Shown piece by piece: positions 30,306 through 41,809 of a DNA stretch of 64,000 nt. The notes beneath the pieces are model-generated. The model saw nothing but the letters and a program-made list of their open reading frames with translations, did no database searches and was not told the origin of the DNA. A program made the position numbers and the translations under genes. The stretch covers positions 1 through 64,000 of the forward strand of contig JAYKGY010000021.1 of the NCBI GenBank assembly GCA_035285545.1. The letters are read 5' to 3'. Within the stretch, counting starts at the first letter, position 1. Each line of letters begins with the position of its first letter. The stretch is from Snowella sp. Its GTDB lineage: Bacteria > Cyanobacteriota > Cyanobacteriia > Cyanobacteriales > Microcystaceae.

Positions 30306-31505
30306 ATGTCACTGGCAATGAGTCTGAATTGGTTTAGTCGTCGTGCGGATCGTTTAAAAGCTCTTCCTCCCTATGTGTTTGCTCGGTTGGATGAATTGAA
30401 GGCAAAAGCAAGAGAGCAAGGTTTAGACTTAATTGATTTGGGGATGGGAAATCCTGACGGTTTGGCCCCGAAACCCGCGATCGATGCTGCGATTGAATCT
30501 TTGTCTTCACTTCAGACTCACGGTTATCCACCTTTTGAGGGAACGGAGAGTTTTCGCCAAAGTATTGCCCAATGGTATCTACGTCGTTATGGGGTTGAGC
30601 TTGACCCTAACACAGAAGCCTTACCCCTAGTGGGTTCCAAAGAAGGCTTGGGTCATTTAGCCCTGGCTTATATTAATCCTGGGGATGTGATTTTAGTTCC
30701 CAATCCCTCCTATCCGGTACATTTTCGTGGCCCAGCGATCGCCGGAGCTAAGATCCATCATTTGATGTTAAAACCCGAAAATAATTGGGTAATTGATCTG
30801 AGTGCGATTCCTGAAGATGTGGCCCGCCAAGCCAAGATTCTTTTCTTTAACTATCCCAATAACCCTACCAGTGCAACGGCTCCGAGGGAATTTTTTGAAG
30901 AGGTGGTTAAGTGGGCCCATCATTATGAAGTGATGTTGGTGCATGACCTCTGCTATGCGGAATTAGCCTTTGATGGTTATCAACCCACCAGTTTATTAGA
31001 AATTCCCAAGGCAAAAGAATTAAGCGTAGAGTTTCATACCCTGTCTAAGACCTATACAATGGCGGGCTGGCGTGTGGGGTTTGTCGTCGGCAATACGGAA
31101 ATTATTCAAGGGTTGCGTACCCTAAAAACCAATTTTGACTACGGGATTTTTCGCGCTATCCAAAAAGCCGCAGAAACAGCGTTACAGTTACCCGAAAGTT
31201 ATATTCAAGAAACCCAAGACCGCTATCGAGAACGGCGAGACTTTTTGCTCAACGGTTTAAAAGAACTGGGTTGGCAGATGGAGCCTTCTAAGGCCACGAT
31301 GTATCTTTGGGTCCCCTGTCCTGGGGGAATGACTTCAGCCGATTTTGCCCTCAAGGTGTTAGAAACCACAGGAGTCGTCTTTACGCCAGGAAATGCCTTT
31401 GGAGAAGGAGGCGAGGGGTATGTTCGGATTAGTTTGATTGCCGATCGCGATCGCTTAGGAGAAGCCTTAGATCGGTTGAAAAATGCCGGAATTCGCTATC
31501 ACTAA
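30306..31505 (+). CDS. PLP-dependent class I aminotransferase (LL-DAP/aspartate aminotransferase-like)
   Basis: NYPNNPT, HDLCY and FHTLSKTYTMAGWRVG. Confidence 0.92.
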   Translation: MSLAMSLNWFSRRADRLKALPPYVFARLDELKAKAREQGLDLIDLGMGNPDGLAPKPAIDAAIESLSSLQTHGYPPFEGTESFRQSIAQWYLRRYGVELDPNTEALPLVGSKEGLGHLALAYINPGDVILVPNPSYPVHFRGPAIAGAKIHHLMLKPENNWVIDLSAIPEDVARQAKILFFNYPNNPTSATAPREFFEEVVKWAHHYEVMLVHDLCYAELAFDGYQPTSLLEIPKAKELSVEFHTLSKTYTMAGWRVGFVVGNTEIIQGLRTLKTNFDYGIFRAIQKAAETALQLPESYIQETQDRYRERRDFLLNGLKELGWQMEPSKATMYLWVPCPGGMTSADFALKVLETTGVVFTPGNAFGEGGEGYVRISLIADRDRLGEALDRLKNAGIRYH

Positions 31506-31606
31506 ACTGACTTAAAGCTCAAAGCAGATCCAAAACAGGGATTATTTATATTGTACGGATCGAAGTAATGCACTGAGTTAAAAGTTTCAATGATGATATT
31601 GCTTTC

Positions 31607-32677
31607 CTACCCAAACCCTTTGCCTCGCATTGACTGTTTCCACACTAATAGCTCTCCCTGTTGCCCAGCCGTTGCTAAGGCTGTTCCCTCACCATTCCAA
31701 CTTAAAGCAGAAAAACCGTTGGAAGCCCCCTGAAGCCGCTGAGAAATTTGATTCGCTTGATGCCACAGGTAAATCCAGCCATCTTTTGAGGCAGAAGCTA
31801 ACAAATGTGAATTCGGTTGAAACGCGATCGCGGTTACGGTGTCATGGTGTTGAGCAAGCACCTGAGCAGACCAACCCATTGAGGGATCGGCGACTTTTCT
31901 CCAAATGACAATTCCATCTGCGCTGACAGAAGCTAGAATGGGCGGATCGTCTGGGGTTACGGGGGTTGACCAGGCAAGCTGTCGTACCTTGCCAGGAAAA
32001 CCTTGCATTCGCCAAGGATAAGGATTGTTCCATTCCCAGACCAGTAGGGAGCGATCATTATTTCCAGAGGCTAAGTAGTTGCCCTCCGGTGACCAGGCGA
32101 TCGCCACACTTGCGCTGGCGGTTTCTAAAATGGCTGGGTCATCATGCCAATTTTGTCGATGCCAAATTTTGATGCTTTGGTTCCCGCTAACGGCTAAATA
32201 CTCTCCTTGAAGCCCCCATAGGAGATCTAAGACAGACGAATCGACAAAGTTGAGGGTCGTGACAAGGGTTTGGCTTAAGGCATCCCACACATAGACATAG
32301 CGACCAGCACTAAAGGCTAACTCTGGGTGACTAGGATTCCATTGTAGGCGATCAATCCACTGGGAAGAATAGGTTAATTTTGCAATAATTTGAGGAAAAT
32401 CACCGTTAATTTGCCAAATCAAAACGGTTCCTGATTGCCCTGCCGATGCCAGAAAATGACCGTCATGGGAAATCGACAGGGTATTCATCGATTGGTCATG
32501 GGCGGGTTGTAGGGTAATAGCATCCCCATTGTCCGCTTGGCATAGTACGACTTCTCCCGCTGTCGAGCAAACCGCCACACGGGTATCATCCGGTGTCCAG
32601 GCGATCACCGTTACATAATCCGATAGCATAGCTTGCCACGAAAGTTGGAGAAAATTTCGCGTTTTAATCTTAGACAT
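31607..32677 (-). CDS. WD40 repeat protein co-transcribed with COG0523
   Basis: Repeated AWSP/LAS..D..WD units. Confidence 0.88.
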   Translation of the reverse strand: MSKIKTRNFLQLSWQAMLSDYVTVIAWTPDDTRVAVCSTAGEVVLCQADNGDAITLQPAHDQSMNTLSISHDGHFLASAGQSGTVLIWQINGDFPQIIAKLTYSSQWIDRLQWNPSHPELAFSAGRYVYVWDALSQTLVTTLNFVDSSVLDLLWGLQGEYLAVSGNQSIKIWHRQNWHDDPAILETASASVAIAWSPEGNYLASGNNDRSLLVWEWNNPYPWRMQGFPGKVRQLAWSTPVTPDDPPILASVSADGIVIWRKVADPSMGWSAQVLAQHHDTVTAIAFQPNSHLLASASKDGWIYLWHQANQISQRLQGASNGFSALSWNGEGTALATAGQQGELLVWKQSMRGKGFG

Positions 32678-32700
32678 AGATTTTTATTTGCTTAAAACCT

Positions 32701-33678
32701 TTATTCTTCTACCAAACAAGCTCTAAATCCTTCTTCTAAGTTCATTCGCTCTAGGTTGCGACCAATGAATACCAACTCATTTTTTCGTTCTTCCTGCGAT
32801 CGCCAAGGCCGATCCTGACAGCCATCCAAGAGCATGTGAATCCCTTGAAAAACGAAGCGACAGTCTTCCTCTGCAATATTGAGAATGCCTTTCATGCGAA
32901 AAATGTCGGTGCCTTGGTTCCGTAAGAGTTCACTGAGCCATTGATGAAGTTTCTCCCCATCTACCGCCCCTGACGCGACCAGAGCGACGGATCGGACAGT
33001 TTCATCATGTTCATGGGCAGCTTCGTTCAGCAGTTCAGGGTCAATTTGTAGGGCATTGTTAAGGTCAAAGGCTCGAATCCCTAAAAGTGCGTCCATTGAA
33101 AGTTGGGCATCACGGGTGCGGTAGATCTGGGCGATCGCATTCATGCTACGAATACGCTGCTCTAGTTCCATCAGTTCCGCCTCAGTCACTAAATCGATCT
33201 TGTTCAATAAAATCACATCAGCAAAGGCGATCTGCTCCACCGCTTCATCAGCTTCCCAATGCTGCCATATATGGAGAGCATCTACGACCGTGACCACCGC
33301 GTCTAAATGGGTTTGGGTCTGTACTTCGTCATCCACAAAAAAAGTCTGAATAACGGGGGCAGGATCGGCCAGTCCAGTTGTTTCAATCACTAAATGGTCA
33401 AATTTATCGCGCCGCTTCATCAAGTTACCAATGATGCGAATCAAATCCCCCCGCACAGTACAGCAAATACAGCCATTATTCATCTCAAAGATTTCTTCAT
33501 CGGCATCTACCACCAACTGATTGTCAATGCCCACTTCACCAAATTCATTAACGATCACCGCAACTTTTTTGCCATGTTCGTGGGTGAGAATACGGTTCAG
33601 CAGGGTGGTCTTTCCCGCTCCCAAATAACCAGTCAATACGGTTACGGGTACCGTTGAGTAATTATCAGTGGCAATCAT
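32701..33678 (-). CDS. COG0523/CobW-family G3E GTPase (zinc metallochaperone)
   Basis: GYLGAGKTT, NEFG, GCICC and ETTGLADP. Confidence 0.95.
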   Translation of the reverse strand: MIATDNYSTVPVTVLTGYLGAGKTTLLNRILTHEHGKKVAVIVNEFGEVGIDNQLVVDADEEIFEMNNGCICCTVRGDLIRIIGNLMKRRDKFDHLVIETTGLADPAPVIQTFFVDDEVQTQTHLDAVVTVVDALHIWQHWEADEAVEQIAFADVILLNKIDLVTEAELMELEQRIRSMNAIAQIYRTRDAQLSMDALLGIRAFDLNNALQIDPELLNEAAHEHDETVRSVALVASGAVDGEKLHQWLSELLRNQGTDIFRMKGILNIAEEDCRFVFQGIHMLLDGCQDRPWRSQEERKNELVFIGRNLERMNLEEGFRACLVEE

Positions 33679-33713
33679 AAATAATTCCTAACAATCAACA
33701 ACTAATACAATAA

Positions 33714-33728
33714 TGATAATCATTATCA
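33714..33728. promoter_or_regulatory. Zur (FurB) box upstream of COG0523
   Basis: Perfect 7-1-7 palindrome TGATAAT-C-ATTATCA. Confidence 0.85.
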
Positions 33729-33903
33729 CATTGAATTGAATTATTTAGAGCAACCTTAGCCCTAAAAACGTATTTTTTGCTATTTTTAATCATTTAAAGC
33801 ACTAAATCAGTATTTAAAATAAGTAATTGCTATTTTTCGGCTATTTCTTCCTATTTACCATGCAAAAACAAGATTCTTTTTTCATGAAAAGTGCCATACA
33901 ATC

Positions 33904-33924
33904 AGAGAATGATAATCATTCTCA
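33904..33924. promoter_or_regulatory. Zur box (two overlapping imperfect copies) upstream of hemB
   Basis: AGAGAATGATAATCATTCTCA. Confidence 0.8.
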
Positions 33925-33927
33925 TAA

Positions 33928-35004
<1,077 letters not shown>

Positions 35005-35083
35005 AAGAAATAGAGAATCAGGAATAGAAAAAGAATAAAGCTTTAATTTGTTTGATCAAATTATGAATTTTGAGAGTTTTTAG

Positions 35084-36214
35084 ATGATTAATTCAAAAAC
35101 AGGATTGCCGCCATCCCGTAACGTTGTCCGTCGTCAGTTGTCGGTGGTGGTGGTTTCAGTGATTGCCCTTAGTTTGGGAAGTTGTTCAACGAATGCTCCC
35201 TCAAAAACCTTGGATTCACAAGCACCATCCTCGCCTACTCCAACAACGAATCATGAGTTACAAGTAGTGACAACATTTTTGCCCATTACTCAGTTCACCA
35301 AAGCTGTGGCGGGCGATCGCGCAGAAGTAACCCCATTATTGCCCGCTAATGTCAGCCCCCATGAATATCAAGCGAAACCAGAGGATGTTCAAAAATTAGG
35401 TAAAGCCGATGTCCTGGTTAAAAATGGGCTAGAAATGGAGAACTTTCTAGAGGATATTGTTAAAAATGCTGCCAACGATAACCTAAAGGTGATTGATTCC
35501 AGTTCGGGGGTGCAGACCATTGCGACTGAAGTGATTGAAGGCAAGACTCATGGACATGATCATGACCACAAGCATGACCACGAACATGGCGAAAAGTCTG
35601 GCCATAGCCATCAACATGGAAAATATAACCCCCATATTTGGCTTGACCCTAAGCGGGCAATTCAGCAGGTGGAAAACATTCGGGATGGGCTTATTTTGGC
35701 TGATCCAGCAGGAAAAGACGTTTATACCGCTAATGCCACTGCTTACATTCAGAAATTACGGGATTTAGATACAGAAACAACACGGATACTAAAACCCTAT
35801 GCGGGCAAGACTTTTGTTGCTTTTCACGATTTTGCGCCCTACTTTGCCGAAAGCTATAATTTGAAAGCAACGTTCCTGGTTGATGTGCCAGAGGAGAATC
35901 CCTCTCCAGATGATGTGAAACGAGTGATGGATACAGTGAAAGCAACCAATTTACAAACCCTGTTGACCGAACCTCAGGTGGGACAGGATGGGTTTACATC
36001 GTTGGCCAGGGATTTGAATGTGCGAGTGAGTACGTTTGATCCGCTGGAAACGGGGACCCCGGATGCGCTTCAACCTGATTACTATCTCTCCACAATGCGG
36101 AAGAATGTCACAGCCTTGGTGGGGGCATTTACTAAACAATCGACCCAATCTTTTTTGCCACTCTGGACACCCCCAATGGCCGTTATTTCCCAATCTGTTG
36201 GGGTTAGGTTTTAG
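35084..36214 (+). CDS. znuA: Zinc ABC transporter substrate-binding lipoprotein
   Basis: Lipobox LGSC, SPHEY, His-rich loop, NPHIWLDP and FHDF. Confidence 0.9.
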   Translation: MINSKTGLPPSRNVVRRQLSVVVVSVIALSLGSCSTNAPSKTLDSQAPSSPTPTTNHELQVVTTFLPITQFTKAVAGDRAEVTPLLPANVSPHEYQAKPEDVQKLGKADVLVKNGLEMENFLEDIVKNAANDNLKVIDSSSGVQTIATEVIEGKTHGHDHDHKHDHEHGEKSGHSHQHGKYNPHIWLDPKRAIQQVENIRDGLILADPAGKDVYTANATAYIQKLRDLDTETTRILKPYAGKTFVAFHDFAPYFAESYNLKATFLVDVPEENPSPDDVKRVMDTVKATNLQTLLTEPQVGQDGFTSLARDLNVRVSTFDPLETGTPDALQPDYYLSTMRKNVTALVGAFTKQSTQSFLPLWTPPMAVISQSVGVRF

Positions 36215-36223
36215 GAGGTTGGT

Positions 36224-36988
36224 TTGTTGGATATTGTGTTAGCGGTGGAACATTTGACGGTTTATCGGGAGACCTATGCAGCGTTACAGAATGTTTCGTT
36301 CTCGCTTGCCGCAGGCACGGACACGGCGATCGTCGGGCCCAATGGTGCGGGGAAAAGTACGCTAGTACAAGCAATCCTTGGCATTTTACCCCGTCAAACA
36401 GGAAATGTTTTTATTCTAGGGCAACCGCTATCTCGCCGAGGCTCTCTTGCGCCTACTATTCGTCAGCAAATAGCCTATCTGCCGCAAAATTTTCTCTTTG
36501 ATCGCCGTATTCCCATCACGGTTGAAGAACTGGTGGGATTAGGATGGGGGAAGTTAGGATTTCAACTGCCTTGGTCTAATTATAAAAAGCGGCGTTATGC
36601 GGTACGGGAGGCGTTGATACGAGTGGATGCTGCCCATCTTCGGCAACACTTGATTAGTGAGCTGTCGGGTGGCGAAATCAAACGGGTCCTGTTGGCCTAC
36701 TGTCTGGTTCATCCCCGTCGCCTCTTAATTCTGGATGAAGCTTCGGCAGGTCTGGATATGCGGGGGGAGTCAGAATTTTACCAACTGCTGTACCAACTTA
36801 AGCGGGAGCAAGATTGGGCGATTCTGCAAATTTCCCATGATTTAGATATGGTTCGCCGACACTGCGATCGCGTCTTATGCCTGAACCGCACCTTACTTTG
36901 TCAGGGAACACCAGAGGTTGCACTCTCTCCCGATAATCTCACTTTGGCCTACGGCTCTGAATTTGTTCGCTATCACCATCGTCATTAA
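36224..36988 (+). CDS. znuC: Zinc ABC transporter ATPase
   Basis: GPNGAGKST, LSGGE and LILDE; C-terminal YHHRH. Confidence 0.9.
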   Translation: MLDIVLAVEHLTVYRETYAALQNVSFSLAAGTDTAIVGPNGAGKSTLVQAILGILPRQTGNVFILGQPLSRRGSLAPTIRQQIAYLPQNFLFDRRIPITVEELVGLGWGKLGFQLPWSNYKKRRYAVREALIRVDAAHLRQHLISELSGGEIKRVLLAYCLVHPRRLLILDEASAGLDMRGESEFYQLLYQLKREQDWAILQISHDLDMVRRHCDRVLCLNRTLLCQGTPEVALSPDNLTLAYGSEFVRYHHRH

Positions 36989-37011
36989 TTCCAATTCATC
37001 CGACCTCCGTT

Positions 37012-37833
37012 ATGTCAACTGAACTCACCCGCATTATTGAACTGTTCCAACTCCCCTTTATGCAACGAGCACTGTTAGGCGGTATCCTTACGGGCTTAAT
37101 GGGAGGAATGCTGGGAAGTTTTACCATCCTACGCCAATTGTCTTTTTTTAGCGATGCCCTCGGCCATTCTGCTCTGCTCGGTATCAGTATTAGCTTACTG
37201 TTGGGAATTCATCCCTCCGTTGTGTTATTGCCCTTTGCCGTTTGTTTTGCTTTGGGCGTGACCTATCTGTTGGAATGCACTCGGTTATGGACGGATGCGC
37301 TACTCAACGTCATTTATTCTTCATCCTTAGCGATCGCCATCATTACCCTCAGCTTTGTCGGACAGTACAAAGGCGGACTCAATAATCTGCTATTTGGTGA
37401 CATTCTGGCAGTGCGAGAGCTAGATTTAATCTTGAGTGCGGTGTTGTTGCTAGGGTGTATCCTTTTTATCGGTTTAACATTGCGAACCCAATTACTACTC
37501 ACCTTACATGAACCCTTAGCAGTCACTCGTGGCGTATCGGTTTCTGCCCATCGTACAGCTTTTATTGTTTTACTGTCTTTGGTTGTCGCCATTTCAATTA
37601 AGGCGATCGGAGTATTATTAGTCAGTGCCTTTGTCGTGATCCCTGCCTGTGCTGCTCGGTTACTCAGTCCCACATTTACGAATTATGTCCTCCTATCCGC
37701 AGGGTTAGGCGCATTAAGCGCAGTGCTAGGCATGGTAGTTTCTGCCGCTTTTAACTTGCCTTCTGGGCCAAGTATCGTGGTAATGCAATTAACTTTTTTT
37801 TTGATCGCTATCTTGATCTCCCAAATAAAGTGA
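37012..37833 (+). CDS. znuB: Zinc ABC transporter permease
   Basis: FMQRAL, DALGHSAL and LFGDIL. Confidence 0.9.
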   Translation: MSTELTRIIELFQLPFMQRALLGGILTGLMGGMLGSFTILRQLSFFSDALGHSALLGISISLLLGIHPSVVLLPFAVCFALGVTYLLECTRLWTDALLNVIYSSSLAIAIITLSFVGQYKGGLNNLLFGDILAVRELDLILSAVLLLGCILFIGLTLRTQLLLTLHEPLAVTRGVSVSAHRTAFIVLLSLVVAISIKAIGVLLVSAFVVIPACAARLLSPTFTNYVLLSAGLGALSAVLGMVVSAAFNLPSGPSIVVMQLTFFLIAILISQIK

Positions 37834-38134
37834 AGCTAAGTTCTTCTGTTGAGTATTCATAGTAAATATCGTTCAAATCTGCCGCAAATCTAGTAAACTA
37901 AAAAATCCCAAAAAAGTTAACAAAAAATGGCAACCTATTCCCTTAGCTTTCAATCGCCATCTCCTTTTGATCACGTTGATTTCCCTGTTAGATTTAGACC
38001 TGACTTCGATTACATCACACCCTAATTTTCAGCAGCTTTGTTCCTGTGGTGTTATTTCTGACCAACTTTGTCCGTAGTATTGGTTTAAGAATACAGTAAA
38101 ATCAATCCGCACGCTTTTATATACTTTATATTTT

Positions 38135-39373
38135 ATGAAACGTCTTATTTTAATCGGTTCGAGCCTATTGGCAGCGGGTTCCCTCTGGGTGACAGGTTGC
38201 AGTCAAAATACGCCAACGGCTTCTAATCCGGCGGAGATAACAGCAAGCCCTACAGCAAATAGTAATACTGCGAATCAAAATGGGATTCCTATCGGTATTG
38301 CGTTGGCCCAAACCAGTAACGTGGCTCTTTTAGGGCAGGAAGGAGTTGCAGGCAGTAAAATTGCGGAAAAATATTTTAATGATAAGGGCGGAGTCAACGG
38401 CACTCCCATTCAGTTAGTTTTTCAAGATACGGGCGGAGACGAAACGGGGGCGATTAATGCGTTTCAAACCCTGATTACTCAAAATAAAGTGGTAGGTATT
38501 GTGGGCCCGACCCTTTCCCAACAGGCTTTTAGTGCCGATCCCGTAGCAGAACGAGCCAAAGTTTCTGTCTTAGCCGCGTCCAATACCGCAAAGGGCATTC
38601 CTGAGATTGGGGATTATGTGGCACGGGTATCGGCTCCTGTTACTATTGTTGCCCCGAACTCCGTTAAAGCGGCTTTGAAAAAAAATCCCAACCTTAAAAA
38701 AGTGGCGGTTTTCTATGCCCAAAATGATGCCTTTAATAAATCAGAAACAGAAATTTTCCAGAAAACGGTTAAAGATCAAGGTTTAGAATTAGTAACGGTT
38801 CAAAAATTTCAAACCACCGATACAGATTTTCAGACCCAGGCAACCAGTGCCTTAAACCTCAAGCCCGATTTGATTATTATTTCAGGACTCGCTGCCGATG
38901 GCGGAAATTTAGTGCGTCAATTACGAGAATTGGGTTACAAAGGGGTCATCGTTGGGGGAAATGGCTTAAATAGCTCCAATATTTTTCCTGTCTGTAAGGC
39001 GCAATGTAATGGGGTTTTGGTGGCTCAAGCCTATAGCCCGGAACACCCAAACGCTATTAATGAGGCTTTTCGGAAAGCTTACGTTGAGCAATACAAAAAG
39101 GAGCCACCTCAATTTAGTGCCCAAGCCTTCGCTGCGGTGCAAGTTTATGTAGAAGCCCTAAAAGCGTTGGATAAACAGACTCCGATTAAGGATCTATCCC
39201 TTGAGCAGTTACGCACAGGTCTGAATCAACAGTTATTGAAAGGAACCTATGATACACCGTTAGGCAATATTTCGTTTTCCCCTGAAGGAGAGGTTAATCA
39301 AAAGGATTTTTATGTGGCTGAAATGAAAGTAGATGCGGATGGGAAAAAGGGAGAATTTGTTTTCTTGAAATAG
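38135..39373 (+). CDS. Branched-chain amino acid ABC substrate-binding lipoprotein (LivJ-like)
   Basis: Lipobox VTGC, GGVNGTPIQLV and IVGPTLS. Confidence 0.88.
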   Translation: MKRLILIGSSLLAAGSLWVTGCSQNTPTASNPAEITASPTANSNTANQNGIPIGIALAQTSNVALLGQEGVAGSKIAEKYFNDKGGVNGTPIQLVFQDTGGDETGAINAFQTLITQNKVVGIVGPTLSQQAFSADPVAERAKVSVLAASNTAKGIPEIGDYVARVSAPVTIVAPNSVKAALKKNPNLKKVAVFYAQNDAFNKSETEIFQKTVKDQGLELVTVQKFQTTDTDFQTQATSALNLKPDLIIISGLAADGGNLVRQLRELGYKGVIVGGNGLNSSNIFPVCKAQCNGVLVAQAYSPEHPNAINEAFRKAYVEQYKKEPPQFSAQAFAAVQVYVEALKALDKQTPIKDLSLEQLRTGLNQQLLKGTYDTPLGNISFSPEGEVNQKDFYVAEMKVDADGKKGEFVFLK

Positions 39374-39392
39374 ATTTGAAATCGGCATGATT

Positions 39393-39415
39393 GGGCGTAT
39401 TCGATGCGCCCCTAC
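39393..39415 (-). repeat. REP-like element between convergent genes
   Basis: GTAG GGGCGCAT CGA ATACGCCC on the minus strand. Confidence 0.6.
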
Positions 39416-39427
39416 AAAAATTTTGGA

Positions 39428-40342
39428 TTAACTTTTTTCAGCAGTATTTTTATTGTTTAAAGCCTGTTTGATTAAATTCGACAGTTCCCAAGGTTTTTGA
39501 GTAACAGGAATATTGGCTTTTTCAAAGGCCATAATCGTTTTTTGTACGCTATTAATGGCAGGAACAGCATAGGATAATTGATTAGCAATAATAGTGCTAG
39601 AGTCCCCAAAATGTTTGTCGAGGGTGGCATAACGCCCTGTTAAATAGCCAATAACGGGTTTTTCGATGGCCGAAGCCACATAATCGGCGGCCCGCATCTC
39701 TCCGTTGCTGTTGGGTTGGCCTAATAAGACAATGACTTCGGTTTGCTCATCTTCTTCCATAATTTGCAACCATTGCTCGAAATTAGAGCCAATTAAGCCA
39801 TCGGTTCCTAAACTGACTACGAGGGATTGGCCTAAGTCTGCTTCGGAGAGTTCACGGGCGATATCATCGGTGAGTGCGTCGCAATGGCTAATAATGCCGA
39901 CTTGCCCCGATTGATAGCTACTGACATCTAAGGTGCCAACGCTTAATTGATTGGGGATTAATAGCCCCTGACTGCCTGATCCTAGAATAAAGGTATGGGT
40001 ATCTTCTGCTTTGCGTAACAGATATACCATATCTAAGGGAGGAACCCCTCCAGAAACGATAATGAGTTGACGAATTCCGGCCGCGATCGCTTCGAGGGCT
40101 GCATCTAAGACTTCATAGGCAGGATTTAAAATCACGGTCATATCAATGGTTCCTGCGGTTGCGACCACTTCTTCTACCAGATCAAAAATGGGAATATCGC
40201 CCACCATTTGGCCCCCGTAGCCCGTACTCACTCCCCCTACTAGTTGGGTTCCGTAGGCTTGCATCTGGGTTGCGTAATAGGTGCCCAGGGGATGATGATT
40301 GATGCCTTGTACGAGAATTTTGCTATCGGGTTGCCATTTCAT
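39428..40342 (-). CDS. sucD: Succinyl-CoA synthetase alpha subunit-like, degenerate active site
   Basis: ILVQGI..YGTQLVGGV CoA-binding fold, DAALEAIAAGI and IEKPVIGY. Confidence 0.85.
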   Translation of the reverse strand: MKWQPDSKILVQGINHHPLGTYYATQMQAYGTQLVGGVSTGYGGQMVGDIPIFDLVEEVVATAGTIDMTVILNPAYEVLDAALEAIAAGIRQLIIVSGGVPPLDMVYLLRKAEDTHTFILGSGSQGLLIPNQLSVGTLDVSSYQSGQVGIISHCDALTDDIARELSEADLGQSLVVSLGTDGLIGSNFEQWLQIMEEDEQTEVIVLLGQPNSNGEMRAADYVASAIEKPVIGYLTGRYATLDKHFGDSSTIIANQLSYAVPAINSVQKTIMAFEKANIPVTQKPWELSNLIKQALNNKNTAEKS

Positions 40343-40407
40343 AGAGTCTTACCAGAGGGGATGGAAGGGGAGAGAAGGGAATGGACTGAAAAATATTAAG
40401 GAAATTT

Positions 40408-41613
40408 CTACGTAGTTGTTTCCGTCAAAGATAGGGTGTCGGCGATCGCCTGCTCTAAGGAAGAACTCCAATAAATCGGTAAGGCAGCGACTTGATTTTG
40501 AAATTCATTGAGATCCCCGTTAACGAGTCGAATCACCAAAGGAACCCATTCAGCGGAAATACGCTCTTTGGTCAACAGGCGTTCTCTGCCGAGGACATTG
40601 GAACGGGTGGCTCTGGGGAGGCGGTCATCATTGGTTGGCAAGGAAACAGGGGGCGAGGAACGAGAGATAAATTCGGCGATCGCTTCTGAGAGAGAGGGCG
40701 TTGCGACAATATTGACAAAAATGACTTTAAGTTGGGGGAGTTGTCGAAATTTTTCTAGGGCAATTGCTAACTGATCGGTTAAGGATAACTGGGGATGGGT
40801 ATCTTCTAAAATAAATGCCCCTGCGAGACTGCCGTTCTGTTCTCCCATCAAATCCCAACTGGTCAACGTGGAGCCGTAACTATTACAGATCAAGCCAATT
40901 TGCCCCCATTGGATATCCCCTTTGAGCCAACGTAGGGGGGCAGCAAAATCCTGCGGATGATCCATTAAGGCAATCAAATCGGGGTGACGGGCGATCGCGG
41001 CATCATTGGCCGTAATTTTGCCATCGAGAGCCATGACTTCTCCCGTATTTTTGACCCCCAAGGGATTAATTTCAACTAAATCTAAATCTTTACTGAGAAA
41101 GAGATGGTACATTTTTTCCAAAATATCACTGACAGCCGCAATTAATTCCCCTTTTAAGCCCATTTTGATTGCTAAACGTCGCGCATGAAAGGGCGAAAAA
41201 TCTTCTACTAAAACGACCGTCTGCATATATTGCAACAGCGTATCCACATCCATCCCCCCTTTACTCGATCCCAACAGCACGGGGCATTGCAGTTGATAAT
41301 CTAAAACGATCGCCAAAAAAATTTCTGACTGACTATCGTAGTGGGCCTCAGCTAGGATCACTTCAGGGTATTCATCCAAAATTCGGAGATTAAAAATGGC
41401 AGAAGCCGCCGCGATCGCGTCAATTGTATTTTCCACAAATTTAATGCCGCCAGCTTTCCCTCGTCCCCCCGCCCGTACCTGGGACTTCAACACCACGGGA
41501 TAGGGAATGTGAAGCCGTTTGAGTTCGCTAATCTCGTGAATCGTCTGGGACGGCAAGACAGGAATTCCAACCTTTTGAAAAAGGGCTTTGGCTTGATATT
41601 CTAGTAAATCCAT
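40408..41613 (-). CDS. sucC: Succinyl-CoA synthetase beta subunit-like, divergent C-terminal domain
   Basis: MDLLEYQAK, KSQVRAGGRGKAGG, LVEINPL and ALDGK. Confidence 0.88.
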   Translation of the reverse strand: MDLLEYQAKALFQKVGIPVLPSQTIHEISELKRLHIPYPVVLKSQVRAGGRGKAGGIKFVENTIDAIAAASAIFNLRILDEYPEVILAEAHYDSQSEIFLAIVLDYQLQCPVLLGSSKGGMDVDTLLQYMQTVVLVEDFSPFHARRLAIKMGLKGELIAAVSDILEKMYHLFLSKDLDLVEINPLGVKNTGEVMALDGKITANDAAIARHPDLIALMDHPQDFAAPLRWLKGDIQWGQIGLICNSYGSTLTSWDLMGEQNGSLAGAFILEDTHPQLSLTDQLAIALEKFRQLPQLKVIFVNIVATPSLSEAIAEFISRSSPPVSLPTNDDRLPRATRSNVLGRERLLTKERISAEWVPLVIRLVNGDLNEFQNQVAALPIYWSSSLEQAIADTLSLTETTT

Positions 41614-41809
41614 GATTAAGTTGTGAGTGCTGAGTGTCTTGGTAAACAAGGGAAAACAAGTTTTAATCCCTTCCCATTTTTGGGAATTGCTCTTAATCTT
41701 GATCAAGAGATAAAAGCTTCATCGTGATTGATCCCCGATTCGGGATCGGATCATTCTACTGGCTCTCGCTATCAATCTTTAGTTTACAGTTAGTCTCCCT
41801 CAATCTGGA

